Shown piece after piece: positions 1-10,085 of a stretch of DNA of 55,572 nt. Every line of letters starts with the position of its first letter. Position 1 is the stretch's first letter. Location: IMG/VR virus record IMGVR_UViG_3300043413_000016, positions 1 through 55,572 of that record; one strand, written 5' to 3'. Source of the stretch: a virus. Its lineage: Duplodnaviria; Caudoviricetes. Below the pieces are notes generated by a model. The model did not search any database. It was given only the letters and a program-made list of their open reading frames with translations, and was not told the DNA's origin. Position numbers and translations under genes: made by a program.

Positions 1-127
1 CCCTCAGCATTGCCGCATATCCGACAACCGTGCGATAGGCGGCTTCCCAAGTCCAACACACCACCACGCACCAGCCGCTTGCTTGCAGTGCATCCATGCG
101 CTGGCGCTGTTCCTTGCTGGGTGTTCC
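1..127. repeat. 127-bp terminal overlap identical to 55446-55572 (circular contig)
   Basis: Direct identity of the first and last 127 nt; 127 is a common assembler k-mer length. Confidence 0.95.
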
Positions 128-349
128 ATCGCCGTGCTTGAACTCGATGGCAAGGCCCATGAACCCGCCGCGCGGTTCTGGCCACAGCCAATCAGGTATG
201 CCTGGGCGCACGCCTTCGGCCTTTAGCTTGCCGGCCACGGCGGGGTGTCTTGCGCCACCGTTAGGCACCGCGAAGGACGATTCAATGCCATGGATGCCGG
301 CCAGTTCAAGCCGCTTGATGAACGCGGCTTGCGTTTCGTGTTCGCTCAT
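1..349 (-). CDS. VRR-NUC domain nuclease/resolvase, 120 aa; wraps the origin, stop at 55432-55434
   Basis: Hand translation from ATG 349: MSEHETQAAF...FAVPNGG...KAEGVRPGIPD...LAIEFK...SKEQ...VVVCW (PD-(D/E)xK VRR-NUC pattern). Absent from the ORF track because it crosses the edge. Confidence 0.9.
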   Translation of the reverse strand, partial: MSEHETQAAFIKRLELAGIHGIESSFAVPNGGARHPAVAGKLKAEGVRPGIPDWLWPEPRGGFMGLAIEFKHGDGTPSKEQRQRMDALQASGWCVVVCWTWEAAYRTVVGYAAMLR

Positions 350-558
350 TCGTCGTCCTTCGGTATCGCTCCGTGCAAGTACCTGCTTGGAAGCAGTTCG
401 CACAGCACGCGCGGTACGGTCTGAGTAGGCTTAAGCTGCCACGGACAAACGGTGTCGGGCACAAGAATCGAAAGCTGCAGCGCATCACGAGTGCTGCCGG
501 GCATTTCCAGAGCCTCGTGGCCTCCAGGCATGCGCCACCTGTTTCCGGCAGTGCTCAC
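346..558 (-). CDS. hypothetical protein
   Basis: GTG start overlaps the upstream stop; its stop overlaps the VRR-NUC ATG. Confidence 0.6.
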   Translation of the reverse strand: MSTAGNRWRMPGGHEALEMPGSTRDALQLSILVPDTVCPWQLKPTQTVPRVLCELLPSRYLHGAIPKDDE

Positions 559-830
559 AGTGGTCCCTTGATTGGCACTGCCGTCTGCGTTGCAGCGGTC
601 ACCTGAAAGTCGCTGTAAACGGTCTGCATGGCCTTCGTGGATTGCTGAACCCAGGCCAGCACACGCACCGGGTTGAAGGACACGTTTCGAGTGCCTTCGA
701 GGTTCACGCTCAGCAGTTCGCCGCGCGGAAACTTGTCCGGCCAGCGTGCGCCCTTTGGCAGTGACAGCGTGATGCCGGTTCCCGCGATCACGGCCCGGGC
801 GCAGTTGAAGCACAGTTCTTCAATGTTCAC
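555..830 (-). CDS. hypothetical protein
   Basis: ORF with 4-nt overlaps at both ends within the operon. Confidence 0.7.
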   Translation of the reverse strand: MNIEELCFNCARAVIAGTGITLSLPKGARWPDKFPRGELLSVNLEGTRNVSFNPVRVLAWVQQSTKAMQTVYSDFQVTAATQTAVPIKGPL

Positions 831-1057
831 GGCCGCATCCTTGTTTCAACGTGGTCAATGCCGCGTGTGGTCAGCACCCAGCCGCTGCCTCGGGTTGCGG
901 TCTGCACCAGGCCGGCAGTCATCAACCCGGCAAGGTGTGTTGCCGCGTCGGTGGGCTTCATGACCACGGCTTTGGCCACAGCGCAGGCCGACTGCGGCTT
1001 GCCACGGGGCTTGCTGGCTGCCATGTGGCGAAGAATCTGGCGGCGGTCTGGAGTCAT
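827..1057 (-). CDS. small winged-HTH protein
   Basis: AVAKAV...HLAGLMTAGLV...GWVLTTRG wHTH pattern; coupled overlaps. Confidence 0.6.
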   Translation of the reverse strand: MTPDRRQILRHMAASKPRGKPQSACAVAKAVVMKPTDAATHLAGLMTAGLVQTATRGSGWVLTTRGIDHVETRMRP

Positions 1058-1650
1058 GCAGCCACCTCTTGCGCCGCCGCCTTTGCCCGCTTCTTCCGCT
1101 CGTGCCGCACGGCTTCGCGCTCGGCCTGCACAAAGTCAAACGTCACGCCCAGTTCGGTTACGGCCAAGTCAATTACGCGGTCGATGTACTGGCTGTATTG
1201 CAGCAACGACAGGTCTTCGGTGCTGATGCGAACCCGGTGCGGCGTGGCGCGCTTGGCCTGCACCATCTTGCCGTCCACCGACTTGATGGCCTTGCGCAGC
1301 ACCCACTTGTCGCCCAGCAGCCGGGCGCGGAAGTGTTCTTTCCACACAGGCGCCGCGTACCGGGTTCCGTCAGGGAAAGTGAACTGCTCGGCGATCTGCG
1401 GCAGCACCACCCCATGCAGGAAAGCCCGCTGCTTGGTGCTTTTGTCTTCGTGCAGGTAGCCCACTACGATGCGCAGCCGCTGCGGGCCAGGAACTTCGCC
1501 GTCTTCGTCGGGCTGCTGGCCTGCGGCCGCAGCGCGGCTGCGCTCCACCAGAGCGCGGGCAATCTCATTGGCGCGCAACAGGGCAGCGTGCCGGGCTTCC
1601 TGCGTGGCGTCAAAGGCCAGCGCGATGTCAGTTTCTTGGTGCGTGTTCAT
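1054..1650 (-). CDS. NinB-like recombination protein
   Basis: KSTKQRAFLH...IAEQ...WKEHFR...STEDLS...YIDRV pattern. Confidence 0.7.
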   Translation of the reverse strand: MNTHQETDIALAFDATQEARHAALLRANEIARALVERSRAAAAGQQPDEDGEVPGPQRLRIVVGYLHEDKSTKQRAFLHGVVLPQIAEQFTFPDGTRYAAPVWKEHFRARLLGDKWVLRKAIKSVDGKMVQAKRATPHRVRISTEDLSLLQYSQYIDRVIDLAVTELGVTFDFVQAEREAVRHERKKRAKAAAQEVAA

Positions 1651-2107
1651 GCCGTCCGTTCCCCAAAGTCATCACCGTGCTCGCGCTGCTGCCGCTGGCC
1701 CACGTCCTCCGTGGCTTCGGCATCGCGCTGCTGGCGCTCCTGCTCGATCACCTTCGGGTCGCGGCATCCAGGCCTGCCGCAGTACCTAACTTTCATGCTT
1801 GGTGTGCATTCACACATTGCGAACCCCAATACCGCTGTGGACATCACCTTCCACCCAAACGCCCCCCTACCCCCACAGGGGCAAGAAGGGTTTGGACGCC
1901 ACCCCCTTGCGGGATACCCACCGTGCTCCTGATAGAGCCCCCGGCCGTGGGTCATGCGCCAGCCGCCAGAACGTTGAGGGAGTTGCACCCCGGCCTGCGG
2001 CCTCGTCTGGTGTTGCTTTTTAACGGGGCGGCAACTGCCCCCGGTGTTTCTTGCCATGCCAGCCCATCCAGGCCCATACGTTTCCCCGTGGCTCAGGGTT
2101 GCGGCGG

Positions 2108-3013
2108 TCATCCGGGGCGCTCCACGTAGCGGGCGCCAGCCAATATCAGCCGTTCAATACGCCGCGCGCCAGGCTGGCCCCATTGCTTCAGCGCATCGGC
2201 AGCATCGGTGCCTTCGATGCCCTCGAACCACATGACGCCAGCGCCGATTAGCTCGGCAGCGTTCTTGGCCTTGTCAATGCCCGGGTTGAACCCGCGCCGG
2301 GCCAGCGTGCCCTTGTCATTGTCGGCCACAAACACCACAGAGCCGGTGGGCCGTAGTTCGTTTGTCACGGGCTGCAGGTTGCCGGCGTCAAAGGCCACCA
2401 CCACGCGCGCATGGCGCATGCACTGGTACACCGCCAGCCCCGTGGAAAAACCCTCGCACAGCACCGTCACGGCAGCGCTGGGCCGGTCCAGCAGGTAGTA
2501 CCCACCCTTCACAGGTGCGCCCGGCCAGAACAGCTTTTCACCGGTTGCGCTGATGCGCTGCACGCTGATGACGCTGCCCCGAAACATCACCGGGATGACC
2601 AACCAGCCGTCACATGCCCGCAGGCCGGCCGTGCCCTGGGCAGCCAAGCCCTTGTTTGCCAAGTACGGATGCAGGCTGCGCACCGGCCGCGCCTTCATGT
2701 TCCAGAACTGCCGGGCGCCACGAATTGCCTGCACGCGGGCTGCGCGTTCGCGTTCGCGGTTCTTCGCCACCAGTGCCTGCTGGCGGGCCAGTGCCGCAGG
2801 GTCCACCGTTGTGCGGTCGTCGCGCCAGTGCCCAAGCGCTTCGCTTCCGCCCGTGGCCCAGTCGCCATAAGACCCGTGGCCATCAGGATTGAGAACGTAC
2901 CAACCGTTTCGCCGGCCCGGCTTCGATTCGGTATCGCAGCGCCGGATGCGACCATCGGCCACCACGTCCCGAGGGCGCAAGCCAGCCAGGCGCAGAGCTT
3001 GCTCGAAGGTCAT
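2108..3013 (-). CDS. DNA primase, Toprim domain
   Basis: HPYLANKG, SVQRI, LCEGFSTG, AFDAGNL and ADND motifs. Confidence 0.9.
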   Translation of the reverse strand: MTFEQALRLAGLRPRDVVADGRIRRCDTESKPGRRNGWYVLNPDGHGSYGDWATGGSEALGHWRDDRTTVDPAALARQQALVAKNRERERAARVQAIRGARQFWNMKARPVRSLHPYLANKGLAAQGTAGLRACDGWLVIPVMFRGSVISVQRISATGEKLFWPGAPVKGGYYLLDRPSAAVTVLCEGFSTGLAVYQCMRHARVVVAFDAGNLQPVTNELRPTGSVVFVADNDKGTLARRGFNPGIDKAKNAAELIGAGVMWFEGIEGTDAADALKQWGQPGARRIERLILAGARYVERPG

Positions 3014-4557
3014 GCCGCAGCACCACCGCGTGTCTCGCCCCAGTTGTCAGGCATGGGCCGGCTGGCGCTCTTTGCGCGGCCGTACCGCTGCCGAATCAGC
3101 CAGTTGTTGTGCTGCCCACGAATCTTGTCTGCAACTTCGCGTGAGCACTCTTTCGGCGTGGTGTTCTCGTAACGCGCCTTGGCGGGCTCGCCAACCAAAC
3201 TGGCGTAGATGCCCTGAGCCATCTTCTGCGCGTGCAGGTCGTCGCGGGGGTTGCATCTCTCTCGCACGTACCAGCAAACCTGGGGCCACAGTTCACGGCG
3301 CAGCATGCCCGCGTCTTTGGTGGCGATCAGTTCCTTTAGCGTGCCTGGAACGTGCTGTACCGTCACCCGCTTGGGGTATTCATGCCCGCAGGCCGGGCAG
3401 AATGGCATAGGCTTGTGCAAATGCCCGCAGGCTTGGCACTTGACAGGTTCTGCCTCAGGCTTCTTCTCTGGCTTCTTCTTGTCCTTGGCCTCCCCGTCGT
3501 CCAGTTCGTCCAGGCCGTTGTCGAAAAAGTCTTCGGTGTCAACCCAAAAGCGGGCCATGTTCCCTGAGTGGCAAAGAACGAGGCAATCATTCTTGCCTTC
3601 AGCGATGCGCAGGCCGCGACCTAAAAGCTGAATATGCTCGGCCAAGCTCTTGCGCAACGGCCGGGCCATGATGATGCAGGAAACGTCAGGAATATCGAAT
3701 CCACGCGATGCGGCCGTAACCGTGATGAGGCCCTTGATTGCGCTGTCGGCCTTGCGGAACTCCAACGTCACGTCGCAACGATCTTCCTCGCTATCGAGAT
3801 AGGTGTAGCTGGCGACGTTGATTCCAGCCGCCAAAAATTGGCGCTGCAGTTCCTGAACGTGCGCAGTGTCTACGGCGCTGCAAATGAATTTCCGGTTCTC
3901 GCCATGCTTCAGGTACTCGGCAACAACATCGCCCACCACTTCCAGCGCCTTCTTGCTGGCCTGGGTGTCGTCCCATTCGCCAGTGGACTTCACCGTCACG
4001 CCGCTCATGTCGGGCTCAACGCAAGAAAATACCCGGTAGCTTGAAAGCCAGTTCTGCTCGATCAGCGCGCGGGTCGTGGTCACGTTGATGACAGTATCGA
4101 ACCACTTGCCCAGGCCCTTTGTAAACGGCGTTGCGGTCAGCCCAATGACGATGGACGCGCCGCTTTCCAGCCGCTTTTTGTGTGTGGCGTGCAAAACGTG
4201 CGCCTCGTCAAACACGTCCACCTGGGTTTCAGGCCACATGCGCCGGCCCAGCGTTTGCACACTGCATAGTTGCAGCGGTAGCGATGGGCGAAATCGGAAG
4301 TGGCCACCCTGAATAACGCCATGATCCAGGCCGTAACGGTCAAAGGTGTCGCTGGTCTGTTGAACCAGCGATAACCGGTCCACCACGAAACTGGCGCGCT
4401 TACCCTTTTCCTTGACCATCTCCATGAGAGCTGACGCCAGCACCGTTTTGCCGCCACCTGTTGGCGCGACAATCAGGATGCGCCGCTTACCCTGGCGCAC
4501 TGCTTCGCGGGCCTGCTGGAACGCATAAGCTTGGTAGTCCCGAAGTTCGATCTTCAT
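3010..4557 (-). CDS. SF2 DEAH helicase with C-terminal zinc finger
   Basis: LRDYQ, PTGGGKT, DEAH, TATP, QLLGRGLR, CxxC...CPAC; ATG 4557 overlaps the upstream stop. Confidence 0.95.
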   Translation of the reverse strand: MKIELRDYQAYAFQQAREAVRQGKRRILIVAPTGGGKTVLASALMEMVKEKGKRASFVVDRLSLVQQTSDTFDRYGLDHGVIQGGHFRFRPSLPLQLCSVQTLGRRMWPETQVDVFDEAHVLHATHKKRLESGASIVIGLTATPFTKGLGKWFDTVINVTTTRALIEQNWLSSYRVFSCVEPDMSGVTVKSTGEWDDTQASKKALEVVGDVVAEYLKHGENRKFICSAVDTAHVQELQRQFLAAGINVASYTYLDSEEDRCDVTLEFRKADSAIKGLITVTAASRGFDIPDVSCIIMARPLRKSLAEHIQLLGRGLRIAEGKNDCLVLCHSGNMARFWVDTEDFFDNGLDELDDGEAKDKKKPEKKPEAEPVKCQACGHLHKPMPFCPACGHEYPKRVTVQHVPGTLKELIATKDAGMLRRELWPQVCWYVRERCNPRDDLHAQKMAQGIYASLVGEPAKARYENTTPKECSREVADKIRGQHNNWLIRQRYGRAKSASRPMPDNWGETRGGAAA

Positions 4558-5480
4558 GCCGCTACAGCCTTGTGCTCGCGTACAAACGCCTCGACGGCCG
4601 GGGCGATCTTGTCCGGGTCTTCCACGCCCAGCGGCTTGCCGCAGCGGCGCAGTTGTTTCATGGTTCTGGCCTCGCGGTCGCGCGCAGCTTTTGCCTTGCC
4701 CATTTCCTCCGACTGCTGACGGCATGCGTGGTCATAGGCGCGGCGCCACTTGACGGCCTCGGCCTTGAGGTCATCGGCCTCGGCCGCAGAGACCAGCGCC
4801 GTCAGTTCCTCGATCTGCTTTTGCATGCTCTCCAGCAGATCCAGCGGATCGGTGTCGCCGTAGGCATCCTCTGCTGCTTGTTCGCGCTCAAGCTCGGCAG
4901 CGCTCTTTGGCTTTGCTGGTGGCGCAGGAGTGATGGGCGGCTCAGCGCGGGCTTTGTTCGCCGCTCTGACGCCGGACGTGTCCTTGGTGAACTCTTTCCC
5001 AAGTTTGCTGGCGGACTTCCGCGCCGCAAAAGAATGGGGAATTTCCCCATTCTTTTCGGCCGGCGCAAGCTCCCGCCTGATGCCGCCCACGGTTTTGTGG
5101 TCAACATCGCAGCGCTTGGCAATCTCACGGTCTGACCACTGACCCCACTCAGCATCCTCCAGCAGCATGCGAACGGCGCGGCGCTTGTCGTCGCGGGTGC
5201 GGCGCAGGCCGTGCGTGCCGTTGGCGCCCACGGCGTACAGCACCGCATCGCGCCTAGTGCCACTGCGGCAATCGACGCTCACCGTAGCCCCGCTGGCCTT
5301 GTATGCGTGCCAGCGATGGAAACCATCAGCAAGCCAGTAGTCGGCACCGTCAAAAAACACGGTGAGCGGTGGAAACACAACGCCTGCGCGCATCGCATCG
5401 GCGTATTCGGCCACCACCTGCTCATTGATGGCGGTACGCGGCTGTGTGCCGCCGTCAAGGCGGATGTTCGTCAGATTCAC
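4554..5480 (-). CDS. ParB/Srx-like N-terminal domain plus HTH protein
   Basis: QPR...VAEYADAM...FPPLTV...LADGFHR, then WSDREIAKRCDVDHKTV HTH; GTG start at 5480. Confidence 0.85.
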   Translation of the reverse strand: MNLTNIRLDGGTQPRTAINEQVVAEYADAMRAGVVFPPLTVFFDGADYWLADGFHRWHAYKASGATVSVDCRSGTRRDAVLYAVGANGTHGLRRTRDDKRRAVRMLLEDAEWGQWSDREIAKRCDVDHKTVGGIRRELAPAEKNGEIPHSFAARKSASKLGKEFTKDTSGVRAANKARAEPPITPAPPAKPKSAAELEREQAAEDAYGDTDPLDLLESMQKQIEELTALVSAAEADDLKAEAVKWRRAYDHACRQQSEEMGKAKAARDREARTMKQLRRCGKPLGVEDPDKIAPAVEAFVREHKAVAA

Positions 5481-5896
5481 AGCTGCACCCCACGATTCCG
5501 GGCAATGCTTGCAACGACCAAAGCCCGCTGCATGCCGGTAGATGCCTGCGCCTTGCCAAACCGAGCGCAAAACGCGCGCATCGGCAATCGACGCGCAGAG
5601 CGCTCAGATGGGCCGCAACCCAAAGACTTCACAACGACATGCCCAAAAGCGGCGCTGCCGTCAAATGTCTCTGTATGCCCAGGTATGGCGCAGTCACGAT
5701 AGGCGCGCTTCACGGCAGTTTCCAAAGTGCGCGCCCGGTCTTCAGTGCGCGGACATGAAACCCAAAAGCCCCGAATCTGTCGGCCAAAGCGGGTAGCTGA
5801 CCGGACATACTCAGAAAGCCTTCGCGTTGGCTCCTTCGTGACGCCAACCTTGAATGTGTTGTTTGAGAAAAAGCAGACGTAGTTGAAGTGGTTCAT
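5477..5896 (-). CDS. GIY-YIG/T5orf172-like protein
   Basis: NYVCF...FKVGVTKEPTRRL...LET...ETF pattern. Confidence 0.65.
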   Translation of the reverse strand: MNHFNYVCFFSNNTFKVGVTKEPTRRLSEYVRSATRFGRQIRGFWVSCPRTEDRARTLETAVKRAYRDCAIPGHTETFDGSAAFGHVVVKSLGCGPSERSARRLPMRAFCARFGKAQASTGMQRALVVASIARNRGVQL

Positions 5897-6201
5897 GCAG
5901 GCGTCGAAAAAGTGAATGCCTCGCAGCGCTGAAGCAGCGTGCGAACAGGGGTGAACTGGCGCCAGTCGTCATGGCGCACGGTGTTTGGTATCCAGCCGCG
6001 TGGTGCCGCAAAGCAGGTGCCGCGTTCCTGAAGGTGCGCACACTCGGCGCACATGCGCCTGTCGTCGCGCTCGTGATCTCGGTCGGCCAAGCGGTCGGCC
6101 AGCGCTTCGGCCGCTGGCTCTGTCATGTCGCGGCGCATGAACAAGCCAATGCGGAACTGCATGCGCAGAATCTGCTTGTCGCTGAGGGCTGGCCGACTCA
6201 C
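5893..6201 (-). CDS. hypothetical protein with Cys cluster
   Basis: DDRRMCAECAHL; coupled to the next gene. Confidence 0.75.
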   Translation of the reverse strand: MSRPALSDKQILRMQFRIGLFMRRDMTEPAAEALADRLADRDHERDDRRMCAECAHLQERGTCFAAPRGWIPNTVRHDDWRQFTPVRTLLQRCEAFTFSTPA

Positions 6202-6798
6202 GCCAGCACCCCCTCATTCAAGGTGCTGGCGTTGCAATCACCCCCCCAAGGCTTGGGGTACGCGCACGCCAAAAAATAGCCATAGTTGAGGCATGAATTC
6301 ACAGCGCGCACCCATCATGCAGTTGCCGTTCGGCAACCAGGTGAGCGCCATAAACTGCAACATGGTCATGGCACACAGGAGCGTCGCCCCACTGGATGCG
6401 CGGCGCCCTGGTGTGCGGTCCAAGCGGGCCCCAGTCGGCGCAGCTGTAGCACTGGCCCAGCAACAAGCCCCGCTTCGTTTTGCCACCACCGCACGGGCCG
6501 GCAATGGGCACGGCCTGGATGCGTGCGTCGCGCATGCGCACGAGGGCGCGCTGTACGGTGTCCTCAATGCCGCGCTCAGGCGTGGGCACTGGGTCATGTG
6601 GAGCAGGGCTGGCGAATCGAACGCCAACCGCGCCTTCGCCACGATCAGCCGGCGTCGGCTGGCCCGGTCCTGGGCCCTGCGGTGTAAAAACGCCCGAGAC
6701 CGTAGCCTCGGGCAAACCGCCGCCACCTGCGGGAGTCGCGCAGGTGCCCAGATAGGCTGGGGCCAGTGCCGCGGGTTGTGCGGTCAACCGGGAAATCG

Positions 6799-7014
6799 TC
6801 ATTTGGCCCGCCGCGTCGTGCGCGCTGCCTGCAGCCCGGCCAGCTTGCTGTCTAAGATCCTCGCCAGGCGGATGCCCGCATCAGCCGACGCGGTTCCCTC
6901 TCCAGCCCCCCAGCGGCTGACTGTGCATTGTGTAATGCCGGCCTCTCGGGCAATATCGGCCTGCGACGATCCAAGCGCTCGCAGCTGCCGAATAGTGTCT
7001 GATGTATTGTGCAT
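6799..7014 (-). CDS. Cro-like HTH transcription regulator
   Basis: SQADIAREAGITQCTVSRW HTH; first gene of the leftward arm. Confidence 0.85.
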   Translation of the reverse strand: MHNTSDTIRQLRALGSSQADIAREAGITQCTVSRWGAGEGTASADAGIRLARILDSKLAGLQAARTTRRAK

Positions 7015-7020
7015 GTCGCT

Positions 7021-7050
7021 ATCCTATGCGATCCCGCGATCAATGCGCAA
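7021..7050 (-). promoter_or_regulatory. leftward sigma70-like promoter, probably leaderless
   Basis: TTGCGC-N18-TAGGAT-N6-ATG(7014). Confidence 0.6.
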
Positions 7051-7091
7051 GTGTGCTGTTGCACTGTTACATATTTGTTTGCGTTTACGCG

Positions 7092-7120
7092 TTGACAGCC
7101 GCATTGCATCGGTGCATAGT
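7092..7120 (+). promoter_or_regulatory. rightward sigma70-like promoter
   Basis: TTGACA-N17-CATAGT upstream of the rightward operon. Confidence 0.75.
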
Positions 7121-7186
7121 CCAGCCCATGCGCTACCCGAAGTGCCCAGCACAGTGCGGGGCCGGCAGCGCTAGGAGTCACACACG

Positions 7187-7597
7187 ATGAGCTACCGCGA
7201 AGCAAACGCGACAGAACGGCTGTTGATGGCCGAGATGCTTAAAGCGCTGGGGCAAGGCGACACCCGGGCAGTGTTGCAAACACCTGCCTTTGGCAAAAAA
7301 TCTCTCGCACTTGGTGACCTGCTGGCTGACGCTGCTGGGGGCGAACAGGGTCAGCATCTGATGGGCTGCCTGGTTCGCGCTGTAATGGCTGGCCTGACGT
7401 CTCCCGATTTGACCACACGCGTGCAGGTGATGGCCGAAGCCGCAAACATCGCCCGGCTGTACTCCGACACGCACGCCCAGGCCCTTGCCGACGCTGACGC
7501 GGCTGCCGGAAGGTGCGACGACTATCCAAGCGCGTTTGAGCGTGCAGCGGGCTTTGCTGGCGCATGCTTCCCTAAGCTGCGCAGAGGTGCGCTGTGA
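7187..7597 (+). CDS. hypothetical protein
   Basis: AGGAG RBS; first rightward ORF. Confidence 0.75.
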   Translation: MSYREANATERLLMAEMLKALGQGDTRAVLQTPAFGKKSLALGDLLADAAGGEQGQHLMGCLVRAVMAGLTSPDLTTRVQVMAEAANIARLYSDTHAQALADADAAAGRCDDYPSAFERAAGFAGACFPKLRRGAL

Positions 7598-7727
7598 GGG
7601 GCGGCTGGGAAATTGTGCAATCCATGATTCAGCCGCCAAAGCCAAAGCGCACGCCTTGGGAGCTGGATGTGGTGGTAATAGCCTGGCTGGCGGTGCTGGT
7701 AGCTGTACTCATCAGGCTGGGTGTCAT

Positions 7728-7937
7728 ATGAGCGACCGCCGCGAACAACGTGCAGCCGAAGCTGCTTGGCGTGAGTCCCAGCGCGGCGTGCTTCACGACG
7801 AGCACGACGCTGCAACAGACCCTGAAGGGCTGCCGCCGCTGACGAAGGCACTGGCAGCACTGGCCGCGTTGCTGGCTGGCGTGGCGGGGTTTGTCGGCTG
7901 GGTGCTGCCGGCCATTGCCGACAAGGTGTTCCTGTGA
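7728..7937 (+). CDS. small membrane protein
   Basis: MSDRREQRAA...; C-terminal hydrophobic helix. Confidence 0.55.
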   Translation: MSDRREQRAAEAAWRESQRGVLHDEHDAATDPEGLPPLTKALAALAALLAGVAGFVGWVLPAIADKVFL

Positions 7938-8249
7938 TGGGCCGCCACTCTGCTGCTGCCGTTGTCGTGGCGCTGCTCAACATGGTCATTCTGGCCCTGC
8001 TTCTGCGCGCAGGCTTGGCGCTGTGGGTTGACTGCGGCAAAGCCTGCGGCGCAAAGGCGCGCGCCAAGCAAACCCAAGAACGACCGAAGGATGCTCGATG
8101 AAGCAAGCCAACAACCTGGGCGCCATGCTGCTGGCCAGCGGCGCCGTCACCGGCCCATACCGGCGCACCAAGCCGCTGCCCGTGAGTGCTGCGCGGCGTG
8201 TTTGGCGCGCGGTGCGGGCGTACATCCGAAACATGACAAAGGAGATCCT

Positions 8250-8912
8250 GTGAACGATCAAGCAATGGCTGCGCTTTATTCCGCGCTGGCCCAGGCGCAA
8301 GCCGAGTTCCAGCCGATCACGAAGAACCGTGAAGTGATGATCACCATGAAGTCGGGCGGCAAATACAAGTTTCGCTACGCCGACCTTGATGAAATCAACC
8401 TGCGCACCAGGCCAGCACTGACCAAGTACGGACTGGGCCTGATGCAGATTGTCAGCAGCGAGCCTAGCGGGGCTACGTTCATCGAAACCCGCCTGACCCA
8501 CAAGGACGGCGGCAGCGTGTCGGCCCGCCTGGACATCAAGGGCCCGCGCGAGTACCCCGACCCCAAGGAGTTTGGCGCCGTGGTCAGCTATCTGCGCCGC
8601 TACCAAGTTACGCCGATGCTGGGCGTGGCCGCTGATGACGACATTGACCAGCGCCCGCGCCACCCGACCGGCGACCAAGACGACGGCGGCAGGCAAGACG
8701 ATGACGGCTCTGAAGTGAGCGCCATCGTCAACGAACTGATCGCCAAGGCCAGCGCAGTCACCACCGACGCCGAAGCCCTCAAGTTCTGGAAGGACAACAA
8801 CGGCAAGTTGGCGCGCTGGCCGAACGCGCACGCCGAGTTCAAGCAGGCCGTGGCCAACCAGCGCAGCCGCATTGCCGAAGCAGCCAAGACGACGGCAGGG
8901 GCCGCGTCATGA
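8250..8912 (+). CDS. erf: ERF-family single-strand annealing protein
   Basis: ALAQAQAEF...YKFRYADLDEI...GAVVSYLRRY...DDD; GGAG RBS before GTG 8250. Confidence 0.9.
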   Translation: MNDQAMAALYSALAQAQAEFQPITKNREVMITMKSGGKYKFRYADLDEINLRTRPALTKYGLGLMQIVSSEPSGATFIETRLTHKDGGSVSARLDIKGPREYPDPKEFGAVVSYLRRYQVTPMLGVAADDDIDQRPRHPTGDQDDGGRQDDDGSEVSAIVNELIAKASAVTTDAEALKFWKDNNGKLARWPNAHAEFKQAVANQRSRIAEAAKTTAGAAS

Positions 8913-9631
8913 CCATCATCTGGTGCAACGACCCCCAGGGCAGTGATGAATGGCTTGCCGCGCGCCGTGGCGCCATCACCGGCAGCCGCGCCAAGGATGC
9001 CCGCGACCGCCTGAAGAACGGCAGCCCGGGCAGCAAGATGCTGACCTATGCCATGGACACCGCCCGCGAGCGTGAAGGCGGCCAGCCGCTGGCCCAGGGC
9101 CAAAACACCGCCATGCGGATCGGCACAGAACAGGAGCCAATCGCGCGCATGAAGTACGAAGCCTTTACGGGCGAACTGGTGGAAGAAGTGGGTTTTGCGC
9201 ACACCCATGACGGCCGGTTTGGCTGCAGCCTGGACGGCAGAGTGGGCCCGAACGGTGCAATCGAGGTCAAAACGCTGGTGGGCAGCACAAGCCTGTTCGC
9301 TGCCCTGGTTGACGGCGACATCAGCGAGTACCGCGACCAGTGCCTGATGGCCATGTGGCTGCTGACGCTGGACTGGGTTGACGTGGTTCTGTGGGCCCCT
9401 GACCTTGACCTGTTGCGCGTGGTGCGCGTGAACCGCGACGAAGAAGAGATTGCAGCCTTCGAGGCTGACATGCTGCTCTTCGACCGGCTGGTTGAGAACT
9501 ACCGCGCCAAGTTGCGTGGCGTCATGGCGGTGCTGCGCGGCGAGGACGAACTGCCCGAGCCCGCCCAGGCACCAGCAGCACCCACCCCACAAGCCACCAC
9601 CCAACTTGCGCCGCTTGAGCCGGCATTCTGA
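8909..9631 (+). CDS. YqaJ/lambda-exonuclease family protein
   Basis: QGSDEWLAARRG.ITGS, G.EQEP.AR, GCSLDG, IEVK motifs. Confidence 0.92.
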   Translation: MTIIWCNDPQGSDEWLAARRGAITGSRAKDARDRLKNGSPGSKMLTYAMDTAREREGGQPLAQGQNTAMRIGTEQEPIARMKYEAFTGELVEEVGFAHTHDGRFGCSLDGRVGPNGAIEVKTLVGSTSLFAALVDGDISEYRDQCLMAMWLLTLDWVDVVLWAPDLDLLRVVRVNRDEEEIAAFEADMLLFDRLVENYRAKLRGVMAVLRGEDELPEPAQAPAAPTPQATTQLAPLEPAF

Positions 9632-9633
9632 CC

Positions 9634-10074
9634 GTGGACAACACCAAACCCAAAGCACCCCACACCCCGGGCCCGTGGCGCTGGGAAATCAGCATGAATA
9701 GCAAGCGCCTGCACTTGGTGGGCGGCAAGCCCATGTACGACCTGAGCATCATGGACTTTGACCGCTGGGGCATGAGCAGCGCCGTTGTGACCCTGCGCGA
9801 CACCGCGCACGACGGCATGAACATCATGCACCGCCTGCCTGACCGGCCTGATTGGATCGCGCCGTTTCCTGGCCGCGAGCATCACGCCAGTTGGTGCCAA
9901 GACATCACGCACCCCGACATGCGTTTGATGGCTGCTGCACCCGACCTGCTGGATGCGCTGATCGTGCTGGTGGAAAAAAATGCCGACTACATGCGCCGCA
10001 ACAACCTGGGCGACCCCGAGCGCGAAGACGCCACCAAGCAAGCCCGCGCTGCCATTGCCAAAGCCACCGCCTGA
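9634..10074 (+). CDS. phage hypothetical protein (HTPGPW...AAAPDLL type)
   Basis: HTPGPW N-terminus and AAAPDLLDAL...ARAAIAKA C-terminus. Confidence 0.8.
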   Translation: MDNTKPKAPHTPGPWRWEISMNSKRLHLVGGKPMYDLSIMDFDRWGMSSAVVTLRDTAHDGMNIMHRLPDRPDWIAPFPGREHHASWCQDITHPDMRLMAAAPDLLDALIVLVEKNADYMRRNNLGDPEREDATKQARAAIAKATA

Positions 10075-10085
10075 AAGACGCCACC

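Noticed and set aside
1-127. Physical direct terminal repeat
   Set aside because: The length matches an assembler k-mer, it cuts through a gene, and it is part of an internal 141-bp repeat.
1647-2111. 154-aa ORF, or replication origin, after the primase
   Set aside because: No recognisable motif or iterons; coding status cannot be decided by eye.
6238-6802. Overlapping ORFs downstream of the Cro-like gene
   Set aside because: Low-complexity translations in several frames; none is supported.
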